Part shown: positions 39,501 through 52,898 of the stretch, piece by piece
Layout of the letters: each line of letters begins with the position of its first letter
How positions within the stretch are numbered: the stretch's first letter is position 1
Source of the DNA: Octopus sinensis
Taxonomy: Eukaryota
Length of the DNA: 64,000 nucleotides
Reading direction: 5' to 3'
Assembly: GCF_006345805.1 (NCBI RefSeq)
Contig: NC_043024.1
Coordinates: 12,958,001-13,022,000, forward strand
The notes under the pieces: generated by a model
What the model was told of the DNA's origin: nothing
Database searches by the model: none
What the model saw: only the letters and a program-made list of their open reading frames with translations
Position numbers and translations under genes: made by a program

Positions 39501-39801
39501 ACTGCATCATCAGCAGCAGTAGTAGTGGTGGTAGTAGCAGGCGACATGCGCTGTAACAGCGCGTCACTGCATCTACCATGTTATTGGTGATTCCGTACTA
39601 ATCCTAGTAGTTAACACCCTCTCACCAGTCAGGCGACAGCCTTTGACCCCATGGGTCTGTCTTTTAGGCATAACCGTTGCTGGTGAGGGGTTCTTTTTTA
39701 CGGAATTAGAGACCAAATCCCACCTCAACTGTTTTCTATAGCCTTTTACGACTCGCAGACGAAACGTTGGGTTACTATTTGACATGCTGGTCCCCACCCA
39801 C

Positions 39802-39840
<39 letters not shown>

Positions 39841-40538
39841 ACACACACACACACAAACTAATTTATAACATCCAACCAAAGAGACAGAAAATTGATACCG
39901 AAATGGAAAATAGCTGTTTATAGTGATTCGCTGCAATATGATACGACGCTTAAAGTGATTACAATATTACAAAACAGCTATGTAAATCAGAAATAATATT
40001 CACTCACAGTAACAGAAGAAATTAGCTTTAAAAATAATAGCGAACTGGAAAAATAGCTACAGCAATAATAAATTGTATTATAGCGCAACAATTAAAGCGA
40101 TGTTCTATATTAGAAAAATGCTGTAAGTGTAATTCGCTGTCGTATAATAGACCTATAAAAGTGATCACTGTATTGGAAAAGAGGGCGGTAACTGTGAAAC
40201 AGTGTCAGTGGAAACTGCTGTGACATTGATACATTAATAAGATTGTTGTCATCGTAATACGGAAGCATTTATGTAAACGAAAATTTTAAAGCCTCGGGTA
40301 AGTGGAATCTATGTGATATGAAGTGATCTATACAACATGAAAGCTGATGCGCTTATCGATTATCGCTTTGCAGAGCGAATGAATACAATAACTTTTGGGA
40401 GAAATGTCGGTCGTAGAATTTAGTAATTGATTAACAACTGTATTGTAAGACTACAGTAGTGTTAATAATAATAACAACAACAATAATAATACAATAATAA
40501 TAATAAAAAAAATAACCATAATAATAGTAATAATAATA

Positions 40539-40573
<35 letters not shown>

Positions 40574-41695
40574 TAATAACAATAATAATAATAATAAAAA
40601 ATAATAACAATAATAATAATAATAATAATAATGATCAATAAACTAAGAGACAGTAAATAACTGTTACATATTTCGATTAATCCCCTTCGATTGACTCTCC
40701 GAAATAGTGAGAAATAATTATATATAGATTCATTTAAGAGGGAGCAAAGCATCTAGGATATTTTTGAGGCCGAAAGGAACAGGGAAAAGAAAGAGAAATA
40801 AGGTCTCAGTCATGGCGTCTTATTCCAGCGAATCTAGACCGAATAGTTCCGTAAAAGAGATATATCTAAATATAATCAGGGGCCAAGTTATGGTGCTAAA
40901 CCAGATAACGAAAGAATGCTGCTAATATCGATGAATATCTACAATTAATTCGGTACGTAGTCCTTCAAACTGAGTTTCCATCAACCCAATACCTCTCGCA
41001 AGGCCTGGGTTGACCTGATGTCATCATCGTTGACACTTACTTGAATAATTAAATAGCGAACGGTTAACCCAAAACTAGGCCTCTAACGAAACCATTCTGT
41101 TTAATATATTTATTTGGCTCATTAAATTCCAGCAGATCCCTTACCAAATTTCATTGTAAAATGAAAACCGATGACCGAAGATTATTTCAACACCAGATAT
41201 TTCAATGGATGGGTTGCAGGTTCAAGTTCAAATAAATTCACGATTATTAGATTCTTGCTTTGAATTTTATCAATCCCTTGGGAATAAAATACGGTGAGAA
41301 TTTTACTCGAATGATAGGGAGAATGAAAATAATGCAAAGAGGAATTTTGTCTGGTTTTCTTTCCGATTCCTACTACAAGACAATTCCGTCATATTCACCT
41401 GAAGATAATGGTATACGCAGAAATCTTTAAAAGTTTCTCATCCAGATAAGCAACAGCTAAGGCAGAAATCAAAATAGTACAAGTTCACACCGTACCACAT
41501 GAGCTACATGAGCAGAAACACACCAGATGGCATCATGCGATTGGTTTTATGAGAAATGAAACGTAGCTAAATATATTTTCTACTCTAGCCACAAGGCGCG
41601 GAATTTTCGTGGAGGGGGCCAGTCGATTTGATGGATCCCAGTACGCATCTGGTACTTATTTAATCGGTCCCGAAAGATGAAAGGCAAAGTCGAAA

Positions 41696-42885
41696 GTGAT
41701 CAGGAAGGAATGTTACAGGCGGGTTCGAGCAGTCCTAAAATCTGAGTTAAATGCACGTAACAAGGTTTTAGCTATAAATTCCTCAGCAGTTCCGGTTGTT
41801 ATTTACAGTTTCAATGAGTTAAACTGGAATATGAGCGAAACAAGGAAGATTGAGGAGGGAACTCCGTGAGCTGCTGACCTGCAACAGAATGCACTATGCA
41901 AAGGCAGGCGCAGATTGTCATAACCTACCCAGAGCTGAAGGAGGTCGAGGCTTGATCCAATTTGAAATCTCTTACAAAACCACTACAATTGGAATGGGAA
42001 AATATATTGAAACATCCAACTACTGGATGGTAAACCACGTTGAAAACCATGAAAGACGGAAGAAGTTTTATTCTGTTATGAAGGAGGGCAAAATATTTTC
42101 GATTGAGTTGATGCGTAATAGCCACGTTCAATAGTATGATTGAAGTATGGTAATTGTAGTGAAATAAATGCCAAAGCAAAATGCGTTTGAAGAAGTGGCT
42201 GATAAGTAGGAACACAAACCTCAGCATGGCAAATATGTGGCCCGTAGCACACAAGTAGATGTAGACCAAAAGCACACCCATAAGTTGCTACGAAGCTCAG
42301 GGCTAAAGGCAGAGAGTGAAGGCTTTATATTGGCAGCTCAAGAACAGAGCTTATTTACTATGAAGCCAATGGGAAGAAAAATGGTGTAGACCCAAAGTGC
42401 CGATACTGCAACGATGGGATAGAAAAAGTGGATCACCTAATCTCTGGGTGTAAGGTTTTAGCACCTGTAGAGTACAAATCAAGACATGACAGAGTTAACC
42501 AATATCTACGTTGGATGATATGTCGGCATTATAGAATGAAAACAGCTGACAAATGGTACAAGCACCAGCCTGAGGCTATAACTGAGGGAGAAAATGTAAG
42601 TATTCATTGGGACTTCTGAGTATGTACAGACCGGACCATCAAAGCAAATAAACCAGATATTGTTGTGAAAGACCAAAACAATAAAGTCTGTTTATTGATT
42701 GACATGAGCATACTTTGTGACCATAATATATCGGAAAAAGAATTTGATAAGCTCAGAAAATATGAAGATTTGCTAATCGTAATCGAAAAGATGTGCCATC
42801 TCACGACGGCTATAATACCAGTAATGGCAGGAGCACTTGGAACGATTAAAGAAGGAACTAAAACTTATTTAAGAATGATTCAAAC
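41696..42885 (+). mobile_element. R4/Dong-clade non-LTR retrotransposon 3' relic (RT thumb, CCHC knuckle, REL endonuclease)
   Basis: LKSELNARNKVLAINS, LPRAEGGRGL, GFILAAQEQSL, CRYCNDGIEKVDHLISGC (42398-42451), RHD (42482), KPD (42650), LIDMSI and KLRKYEDL. Contains several frameshifts and stops. Confidence 0.92.
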
Positions 42886-43352
42886 CGTACATTACATCTT
42901 CAAACCTCGTATTTTACGTTGCTTCAGACAGCCTGCTTATATTGTGTTAGTGTCTTTGTGTGTGTATTATATATATATATATATATATATATGTATCAAT
43001 GCCCGAAGTGCAAGATATTGTCTTAACTGGTACGTCAAACTCATTGAGAAGAAAGCAATGTCGCCATGAACTTTCATTTCTTCCCATATATTTTCTATAT
43101 TTTTCTTTCCTTTATTCTTATACTTGTGCAACATGCTCTACCATAACTTCCAGCATGGAGATGTGATGATAGAGCAACCTGAGATCTAATGCTTTTTTTT
43201 TCTTCTCAGGAACACAGCACAGCACCCGGTATAGGAACTGGAACAACGATCACGCCATCATGAGTGGAACACCCTGATATGTAGACTATGTGCTCCTCGC
43301 CTCTCTCTCTCTATAATATCTCTCTCTCTCTCTATAAATATATATATATATA

Positions 43353-43388
<36 letters not shown>

Positions 43389-45139
43389 TAGATAGATTTA
43401 TGTTCGTATCCACCCTGAATGCTTTCATTAATTCTTCTTTACAACATTTTTCTCTCACCAACCTTTTTTTAACTTTTTTTTCCAATTTACTTTTGTTTAT
43501 TATTCATTTATTCGTTTTATTCATATATTTGTATATTGATCTTCTATGTATTGATCAATTTAATTATCTTCATAATTAGGCTTTTCTATAGATTTTTTAA
43601 TATATTGTTTGTTTGTTTCACATATTGATTCCTTTCGATATTTTCATAATTACGCATTTATTTATTCAAGATGCCCTTTTAATCTCTAATCTTTATCAAA
43701 TTTCACAATTTATAAAATGTCTATAATGACAATCTTGGAAATTTATCCGTTTTCAGACAAACTTTTAACGATTGCGACTCAAACCGTGCATTGCAGCTTC
43801 AAACCTCGTATCTTTCTTTGATTCAGACACCCAGTCTATTTTATGTGTCAGTGTGTGTGTGTATATATACACGTGTATATATATATATATATATATAGGT
43901 GATAAATAAAAATATATGCATACATACAAACATATATGTACGTACCTACATCTACATGTATATATACATGCATATATAAATAATTATACGTGAGTACAGG
44001 ACATCACAATAAGACGTAGAAACAGGAAAAACAAAAAAACAAAAAACAAGAAAACGAAAAACAAAAAACAAGAAAACGAAAAAACAATTACAGGACGCGC
44101 TACACAAGGAAAAAAACCCCGTCATCAGCTGTCGCTAGTGGAGTCAAGCATGTTTCGAAGGCAGAGACAGAACACTAATCCATAAGCCTTCCTGCGAGGG
44201 AATTAAAATAAAATTCCAAGCAGCGGGGCAAAATGAGTACGAACACGAACAAGACGTAACAATAAAACTGCAAAAATAAAAATTACATGTACAAAAAATA
44301 CAAATAATTACAAAACGAGAAAATAAAAAGAGAATACGATACAGGAATCAAACACACAAGAGGACGAACGAAAAAGCCCTTTTCTGGCGAAGACGAAGGA
44401 TACATATATGTATATACACATGTATATACATATACATATATATATGCATATACACATGTATACATATATATATACATATATATATATATATATGCATGTG
44501 TATATATGCATGTATATATATGCATATATACGCATATATATGCATGTATACACACATACACACACACGGGCGGTGAGGTGGCAGAATCATTTACTATGGC
44601 GTTAGGAATAACGCTTCTCTCGGTTTCCAAATAATCCGCGTCTCTCGATAACAAATACAAATGCAGAATATTTCAAAACAGTAACAAATGCTTAACGGTA
44701 ATTCGTCTGCCGTTACCTTCTGCGTTCAAATTCCGCCGAGATCCACTTTACCTTTCATCCTTGGATGAATTCTGATTGCGATATGAAGGTAATGTGTGTG
44801 AGTGTGTGTGTGGTGTGGTGTGCATTCTCAATTAAATCAGTGTGAAAACAAGTGAGAATAATCTGGTTGCTCGAGTCAAATTTCGAGTTAATTCGAAAGA
44901 ATTGTCTTTAATTTACCTTCCACGAAATACGTCTACAAGAATTGGGAAGAAGCGAACTCTGGTAAATGCCACACATGTTACCTTGCAAGGGCCTGAGTCA
45001 AGATCTTTATTGCAAATCAATCTCCTCTAATACTTACTGGAGCGCATCTATAAGAAATGCACACTTACATATATGGGTGTGTATACGTGCATCCATACAT
45101 GAATGCATGCATATATACATATACACTCACACGCAAACA

Positions 45140-45540
45140 GACACTTCATACTTCATTTGTTTCAGTCATTACACCGCGGCCATACTGGGGCACCATCATG
45201 TAGGGGTGTTTAGTGGAAGAAATGAACCCTGTTATTTTTTCTTTGTAAAGTCTGGGGCTTATTCTATCTGACTTTTTTTGCCGATCTGCTAAGTGACGGG
45301 GATGTAAATATACCAACACCTATTTTCAAGCGATATTGAGGGACAGATATAGATAAAGACACAAACAGAAATGTATGTATATACGACGGGCTTCTTTCAG
45401 TTTCCCTCTACCAAATCCACTCACAAAGCTTTGGTCGGCTCCAGGCTGTAGCAGAAAACACTTGATCAAGTCTCCAAACAGTAGGACTGACCTCGGAAAC
45501 ATCTGGTTCGGAGGCAACTTCTTAGTACACAATCTTGTCA
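45140..45540 (-). mobile_element. SINE family B, diverged
   Basis: TTTCAGTCATTACACCGCGGCCATACTGGG...CTTTCAGTTTCC...CCAAATCCACTCACAAAG. Confidence 0.75.
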
Positions 45541-45559
45541 CACACACACAGGTATATGT

Positions 45560-45795
45560 TATCTATTTCTTTACTACCCAGAAGGGGCTAAACACAGAAG
45601 GGACAAACAAGGACAGACAAACGGATTAAGTCGATTATATCAACCCCAGTGCGTTAGTGGTACTTATTTAATCGACCTCGAAAGGATGAAAGGCAAAGTT
45701 GATATCGGCGGAATTTGAACTCACAAGGCAGCGGCAGATGAAATACCGCAAAGCATTTCGCCCAGCGTGCTAACCTTTCTGCCAACTCGCCGCCG
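45560..45795 (-). mobile_element. SINE family A, full length
   Basis: Runs from CTATTTCTTTACTACCC to GCCAACTCGCCGCC. Confidence 0.88.
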
Positions 45796-48271
45796 TACAC
45801 ATATATGTTATCATTATCTATTGGCTATCACGTGATTCTGGTCAATCAAAACATGGTAATTTTACGAATTTTATTGTGTGAAAGAATCAATAACAAAGCT
45901 GGAGGTTGTGCAGTAACTATAAAAGGGAACTGTTTATTGGAGTAAACCCATGAAAATTGCCAAGAATAATTAATGTGTGTTCTAAAGCAACAGGTGCTGG
46001 GGTTCTTTACATTGAATTTTCGTTTTGGATTTCTTAAGTAAATTATCCTCCTAATTATATCCTTTTGAAATCTTTCCTGATTATTTTTCCTTTCAATTTT
46101 CTGGATGATGTTTGATGGAGGATCTTGGGAGGGTAGAAGCTGGATTGGGTTGTTTAATCTTAAGTAGCCTTGAATAAGTGTGAATTAACACATTATGCAG
46201 ATATAATCAAATCATATTGATAACATGATAATCTTTCTATTTCAAATATCTATTTATTTATTTGCGGTATTAAAATGAAACAAAGCCCGATGGAATATTC
46301 TGCCTTCAATAATCTCCCTCATATCGGAAACAATTCATCCGGGCGATTATGTTCCTTTTCAATCAAACTTAATTTGAATACTACGCTATAACAATGCAAG
46401 CTCTTGTACGACTGTATCCTGGATCGCTTCCTATTCTAAACATCTGCTTCGTTGTTCTGTCCCAATGCATATCACTTCGGGCGTGCCTTATATTTGACTC
46501 TAGCTCGAGATTGATCAACGATTTTTCAGAGCAATAATTAGAACAAAAAAAAAAGGTGGTGAGATGGCAGAAACATCACCATGTCGGGCACTGTGCTTAG
46601 CGACATTTCGTCCGCCTTTGCGCGCTGAGTTCAAATCCCACCGTGGTTGACTTCGAATTTCATCGTTTTGGGACCTATAAAATAAGAACCTGAAACCGAT
46701 ATTGTATTTGGAAATTGCAGGAATTCATCATTTGTGCGCATAAACCCTAACCTATATATATATATATATAATATATATATATATATATCAATGCCACCCA
46801 AGCTAAACAAACTTCTGGGCACTTTTAAAATGCCCTAAACTTATGGTGTATTGCAAAAATCAGCTTTACTTGATACTCCCAGGGAATGTGACCAAATGAG
46901 CTTTATTATTTTACATATCCCCCCCCCCCACTTGCGGGCCACACACTTCTTCCATTGGTCTTGTAGTGTTTGGATCCCATTGGTGAAGAATTCCACTACT
47001 AACGTTTGATACAGATGATGATGATGATGATGATGTTACTTATAGTGACAATGAGGATGAGGCTGCTTACGCTAAGCTCAGCTCTACTGGACGTACGCAG
47101 AAAGAATCCAGCCATGACTACCTCACCGCTCTTGTACATACAGTTCAACTCCGGCTAATATTAGTGAATGTGGTTTTCATGTTTAAGAAGTTACATGATT
47201 TGAAGAAAATCGACTGACTACGTAAAAAGCTCCCTCGTTCCTCGACCAGGATATGAAAGGTGGCGGTGGTGTTGGGAGTGGTGGTGATGGGGACGATGAT
47301 GGTGATGATGATGATGATGGTAATAATGGTTGTTGCGGCGGCGGCGGTGGTGATAGTGGACAATGTTCTTGATGTCAGTAACAGAAGTACACAGTGAAAT
47401 TCGAAAAAAAAGTATTAGCACTCTTAAATAAGGCTAGCGTTCGCTTTTAATGGAAGTGGTACACCAGTCCATATGTTCTAATGGCGATCTACTTAGCCCT
47501 GATAAAAATCAAGTTGTAATTCCAAAAAGAGCATTATGACAAATGATAGATTACCATTCCATTAGCTAATGTTCCGATTAGGCGTCGAGTTCTCGTAGCG
47601 GCGATAGACGTAACTCTACTTCCTAAAAAGAAGCACCGACGAAAGCTATTAACAGACCAACTGCAATGGATTTATGTGTTGGCAGATATTTTACGAGGTA
47701 TATAGTTAGATATTTGGAGCGTTGGTTGGTTGAAGCTGGTTGGATGGATTGGATGTTAGGGATGGTGCCGTGGAAGGACCGTTTCGCTACTTGCTGATTT
47801 TCCGATAACTCATGGCAAAATGGCAACATTATTCTTCTGTTATATTAAATTATATGTTTACGAGCTTGTCTTCATGTATTAGTGTTTTATTTGGCAGCAG
47901 TAGAAAAGCGAATCACCAGCGCTAGTGGAGAGCAGCTGCCTTGTTGCTCATTTAACTTGTTGCTTGCCTGGCAACAGAGATTCTTCAAACATCTTGCTGG
48001 ATGCAGCTATTCATAGTATGCACTTCCCGCTTTTTTCCAGCTGTGTAATGGAATTAGATCAACATTTATCCTTTTTAAAATTCAGCCATTTAATATTTAG
48101 CTTGAATAAGGCTCCGAGATAGCAAAACCGTTAAAGACGCGGAACTAAATGCTAAGCGGCCGTTCGTTCGTCTTTACGTTCTGAATTCAGTTTCCGCCGT
48201 GACCGACATTGCCTTCCATACTTTCGAAGTCGTTAAAATCAGTACCAGTCGAATATTGGGGTGGATGTAAA

Positions 48272-48870
48272 GGCGGCAAGTTGGCAGAAACGTTAGCACG
48301 CCGGGCGAAATGCGTAGCCGTATTTTGTCTGCTATTACGTTCTGAGTTCAAATTCCGCTAAGGTCGACTTTGCCTTTCATCCTTTCGACGTCGATAAATT
48401 AAGTACCAGTTACGCACTGGGGTCGATATAATCGACTTAATCCGTTTGTCTGTCCTTGTTTGTCCCCTCTGTGTTTAGCCCCTTGTGGGTAGTAAAGAAA
48501 TAGGTATTTCGTCTGCCGTTACGTTCTGAGTTCAAATTCCGCTAAGGTCGACTTTGCCTTTCATCCTTCGACGTCGATAAATTAAGTACCAGTTACGCAC
48601 TGGGGTCGATATAATCGACTTAATCCGTTTGTCTGTCCTTGTTTGTCCCCTCTGTGTTTAGCCCCTTGTGGGTAGTAAAGAAATAGGTATTCGTCTCCGT
48701 TACGTTCTGAGTTCAAATTCCGCTAAGGTCGACTTTGCCTTTCATCCTTTCGACGTCGATAAATAAAGTACCAGTTACGCACTGGGTTCGATATAATCGA
48801 CTTAATCCGTTTGTCTGTCCTTGTTTGTCCTCTCTGTGTTTAGCCCCTTGTGGGTAGTAAAGAAATATAT
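48272..48870 (+). mobile_element. SINE family A head-to-tail trimer
   Basis: One headed copy plus two near-identical units of about 180 bp, joined at AAAGAAATAG|GTATT (about 48504 and 48686). Confidence 0.93.
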
Positions 48871-49360
48871 TGGAGTGGGTGTAATCGACTTAGCCACTAT
48901 TTAGAAATTGCTGGCTCTGTGCTAAAATTTTTAAGCAATATTTTGCACGAATCTTCTGTTGGTGTGTCTTTTTTTTAAGCACACATTTTCTTCTTTACTG
49001 TCATTGAATTGGAAATCGTTAAAGCGTCGGGCCAAAAGCCTCGTGGCATTTGCTGCAGGGCCAAATTAATAAGCGATCCATCATAAACAGCAACGCTTGT
49101 TCCACTTCTTTGTGTTCTGATGACAAATTCCCCAGAGATTAACTTTGGCATTCATTCCTTTATGGTCGCAAAAGTCATGCGCTAATTAAGTACTTGGGTT
49201 AATTTAATCAACTCACCCACTCCCCACCAAATTCCACGTTTGTACCAGTTTTACAAATAATTAGTAATGAGTGTGCGAGCAAACATACACATACACTCGC
49301 TCATAATATTGATGTCCTTCATATCAGATGTTTCGTATACAACTATATATATATCCTTAA

Positions 49361-49750
49361 GTGGAGGCGCAATGGCCCAGTGGTTAGGGCAGCCCACTCG
49401 CGATCATAGGATCGCGGTTTCGATTCCCAGACCGGGCGTTGTGAGTGTTTATTGAGCGAAAACACCTAAAAGCTCCACGAGGCTCCGGCAAGGGGTGGTG
49501 GTGATCCCTGCTCTACTCTTTCACCACAACTTTCTCTCATTCTTACTTCCTGTTTCTGTTGTACCTGTATTTCAAAGGGCCGGCCTTGTCACTCTCTGTG
49601 TCACGCTGAATATCCCCGAGAACTACGTTAAGGGTACACATGTCTGTGGAGTGCTCAGCCACTTACACGTTAATTTCACGAGCAGGCTGTTCCGTTGATT
49701 CGGATCAACCGGAACCCTCGTCGTCGTAAACGACGGAGTGCTTCCACATA
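49361..49750 (+). mobile_element. SINE family C, young copy with 11-bp target-site duplication
   Basis: tRNA-like head GTGGAGGCGCAATGGCCCAGTGGTTAGGG...GGTTTCGATTCCC. ATATATCCTTA occurs at both 49349-49359 and 49748-49758. Confidence 0.92.
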
Positions 49751-49984
49751 TATCCTTACGTTGGTGTAATAATTACCATTATGTTATTCATAGGAATAAC
49801 GCTTCTTTTGGTTTCCAAACAACCTACGTCTCTCGAAAGCAAATACAAATGCAGAATATTTCGAAACAGTAACAAATGGGTTGGTGAGAAAAGGTGGAAA
49901 GTTATACTGAATTGAAAAAGAAATACTCAAAGAGAATTAAAAGTGTTTTCTACTAAATTTTGTTTAAATAGCTGTGGACGTATT

Positions 49985-50930
49985 GCTGCATCTCCCTCTC
50001 TTTCTCTCTCTCACTCTGTGTGTTTTACTTTGTCCCTCTATCACTCTGGACCTCTGTCTGCGTGTGTGTGTCTCTCTCTCTTTCTATCTATCTATCTATT
50101 TCACTCACTCTATCTCTTTCATTCTCTCTCTCTCTCTCTCTCATTCTCTATTTCACTCTCTATCTGTCTGTCCGTCTCTTCTGTTTGTCAATCTCAATTC
50201 ATCCATCCATTTCACTCTCTCTCTATTTCACTCTATCTATTTGACTTTCTCTCTCTGTTCCACTCTATCTCTCTGTTTTACCCTCTCTCCCTGTTTCACT
50301 CTCTCTGTGTTTCACTCCCTCACTCTCTCTCTTTTACTCTGGACATTTGTCTGCGTGTCCATCTCTCTATCTCTCTATCTATTTCACTCTCTCTTTCTAT
50401 CTGCCTATCTGTATGTCTGTCTATTCTATCTATTTACCTACCTGTTTATCTCTATTTCTCTCTCTTTCTCTCTCTATGTATCTATGTCTGTCTATCCATC
50501 TGGTTATCTTCATCCAAAGAATGCGACCATCTCCCTCCGTCTGTCCCTGCCTTTTCACTCTCCAACTCCATCTCCACATATCTCCCCACTCCCACACTCC
50601 CACCTCCCTCGATAGACTCCTTTGTCTTCAATTCTTTTACACTATTATTCTCAGTCAAACCACCTCTCTATCTCACCCCCCATTTCTGTTTCTCTCTCTA
50701 TTTTTATGCTCTCTCTACCCCCTCTCTCTCTTCGCCTATTAATCTCATTTGCTTCCCTCTACATCCATCTGTTGTTCACTCCAACTACATCACTTTCTTT
50801 ATCTCACTCTCTCTTTAAGTACATCTACTCCATCTCTTCCTGTGTACCATTCTCTTACACTCATCCTCTGTCTCTCACTCTCTCATTCTATCTACCCCTC
50901 TCTCTCCCTCTCTCTATCTCTCTCCTTAAG
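49985..50930 (+). repeat. About 950-bp degenerate (CT)-rich polypyrimidine tract
   Basis: TTTCACTCTCTCTATCT-like units with strong pyrimidine strand bias. Confidence 0.9.
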
Positions 50931-51254
50931 TCAATAGTAAATATGAACGCAGCAATTTCTTTTCTCGTTCACATTTGCTGCGATATTAAACAGTTGTTTT
51001 ACGAGATTAACAGCTCCATGTGACAAAACTTGAAAGGATAACCGAATGGAAACCGAAAACACACAGAAGCCAAAAACACCCATTCACACATGGAATATGA
51101 GACTGGCGGAAATTCCAGTTAGCAATGGAATGAACCAACAGCTGCAGCCACGATAATTTGCATATTAGCGCGAGCGCACACACACAGCTGCGCAAATATA
51201 CATACATACATACATACATACACACACACACATATACATATATATAAAGTTAAT

Positions 51255-51458
51255 CCAAACAAGAAAGCACAAAAAAAAAACACAACAACGCGAGGACGTG
51301 GAACAAATATAGTATAATTGGACACTCAGGAAAGAAGGAAAGAAGGATGGCTTAACGTTTCCAGCGGATCTCTTCGTTGGAAACATAGGAGAAGGAAAGA
51401 TCCAGAGAAGGGAAGACAGAGGTCACATCCCACGCGAAAGGAATTATTTTTACACACC

Positions 51459-51460
<2 letters not shown>
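51255..51460 (-). mobile_element. Second, more degraded copy of the 9080-9275 repeat
   Basis: AAACAAGAAAGCAC...CGCGAGGACGTGGAACAAATATAGTAT...AACGTTTCCAGCGGATCTCTTCGTTGGAAACATAGG. The core has decayed to CCAACGA. Confidence 0.8.
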
Positions 51461-51489
<29 letters not shown>

Positions 51490-51513
<24 letters not shown>

Positions 51514-51670
51514 ACAAGTATATTGTACAATATATATAAATAAATGTATGTACGCGTATACGAACATATATGTACACATATATATATATAATATATATAT
51601 ATAAGGACAAGTATATTGTACAATATATATAAATAAATGTATGTACGCGTATACGAACATATATGTACAC

Positions 51671-51690
<20 letters not shown>
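51490..51690. repeat. Tandem duplication of about 93 bp bounded by TA runs
   Basis: AAGGACAAGTATATTGTACAA...GTACGCGTATACGAACATAT occurs twice. Confidence 0.9.
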
Positions 51691-51701
<11 letters not shown>

Positions 51702-51970
51702 TATACACACATATATTCAGCGCCTTGTATTTATTACTTTTTAGAATAATGCCATTTTATATGCACCAACATAACATAACCTGATGAAAGAAATATTTAC
51801 AACAAGCAGACACACACATACACACAAACAAACGCACGCACGCATACATTATCACATAGACATACACACACACATAGTGAAATCGAATAATCCACCATAA
51901 ACAATAACAATAATTGAAAAGAGGACGTGCACCTGTAATATATTATTTTGACGCTCGTTAAAAGGAGAGA

Positions 51971-52008
51971 GTTTCTGACGTTTCGGGATGAGATCTTCGT
52001 CAGAAAAG
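51971..52008 (-). ncRNA. Minimal type I hammerhead-like motif with GUC site
   Basis: Minus strand reads UUUU-CUGACGA-A-GAUCUCAUCCC-GAA-ACGU-C-AGAA. The core is canonical and helix II is imperfect. Confidence 0.55.
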
Positions 52009-52149
52009 GAAGGAACCTGAGAAGGAAAATTGTCGCCATTTTAAATCCTAAATTTCGCGCATACACATTGTTTATTTTTGACTTTGCTGACTATAAAGTA
52101 TAGCAGGGTCAGTTTAGCACTGTCTTTAAGGAAAACAACACCAACACGT

Positions 52150-52898
52150 AGATTACTCTGCCAGACATTTGGAAACTACTGGCTGTACTGCTTGGCATTC
52201 ACACCGGAAGATCCAATACGAAACTTTAAGACAGTTTGGATGTCAATCGGGGGACAGTGCAATCTGAGGACAATCTGAGAATGAAAAAAATCAAGCATCC
52301 AGTCAACATCATGGTGTTTGGAGTGATCTCTAGTTATGGCAACGTTATGCTTATATTCATTTTCCCGCACAGCCTCTGATTCAAGACGGATGTATACATC
52401 AAGTGCCCGGAGAAGGTAGTGTTCCCATTGGTCAGGAGGTTGGCTACTGGAAGACCCTATGTCTGGCAACAGCACATTGCACCATGCCACACAATCAAGA
52501 GAACCCAGTCATGGTTGTCAGACAATTACTGTGACCCCATCACTCCTAATACCTGGCCACGTAACTCCCCAGACTGCAAACCAATTGTTTATTATGTGTG
52601 GCGGGCTGATTATCGAGAGACCAACAAAACTCCTTGTAACAGCGAAGGTGAACCAAAAGACAGGATTATGGCAGCAGACACGAATTTAAACAAGAAGGCC
52701 ATCCAGAAGAGTTGCAGGAGATCCGAAGTTATCTGGAGGACGGTGGTTGAAGCCAATGACGATTTTATTGAATACATTTACTCATTAGTATTTCAAGATA
52801 TTTTTATGTAAATTTGGTAAATATATCTATTAAAAAGAGATGCCAGTGTTAATTTCAATTTTGCGTAATTTTAACAAAAGTTTGTTCACCGCACCCTA
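52150..52898 (+). mobile_element. Tc1/mariner (maT/DD37D-like) relic with right end
   Basis: KHPVNIMVFGVI, RPYVWQQHIAPCHT, TWPRNSPDCKPIVYYVW and VVEANDDFIE. Ends at CCGCACCC followed by TA. Confidence 0.88.

Noticed and set aside
39575-39795. Minus-strand GTCGTAAAAGGC motif reminiscent of RTE 5' ends that can carry HDV-like ribozymes
   Set aside because: The nested double pseudoknot could not be built by eye and the motif appears to have a deletion. An Infernal HDV-like search would decide.
44145-44200. GAAGGC/GCCTTC stem followed by GAAACATG on the minus strand
   Set aside because: No CUGANGA-compatible core at the required position.
47955-47976. RFX X-box-like CTTGCCTGGCAAC
   Set aside because: Imperfect single site with no promoter or gene context.
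49361-49440. tRNA-like cloverleaf heads here and in SINE families A and B
   Set aside because: They are continuous with SINE bodies repeated across the window, so they are not tRNA genes.
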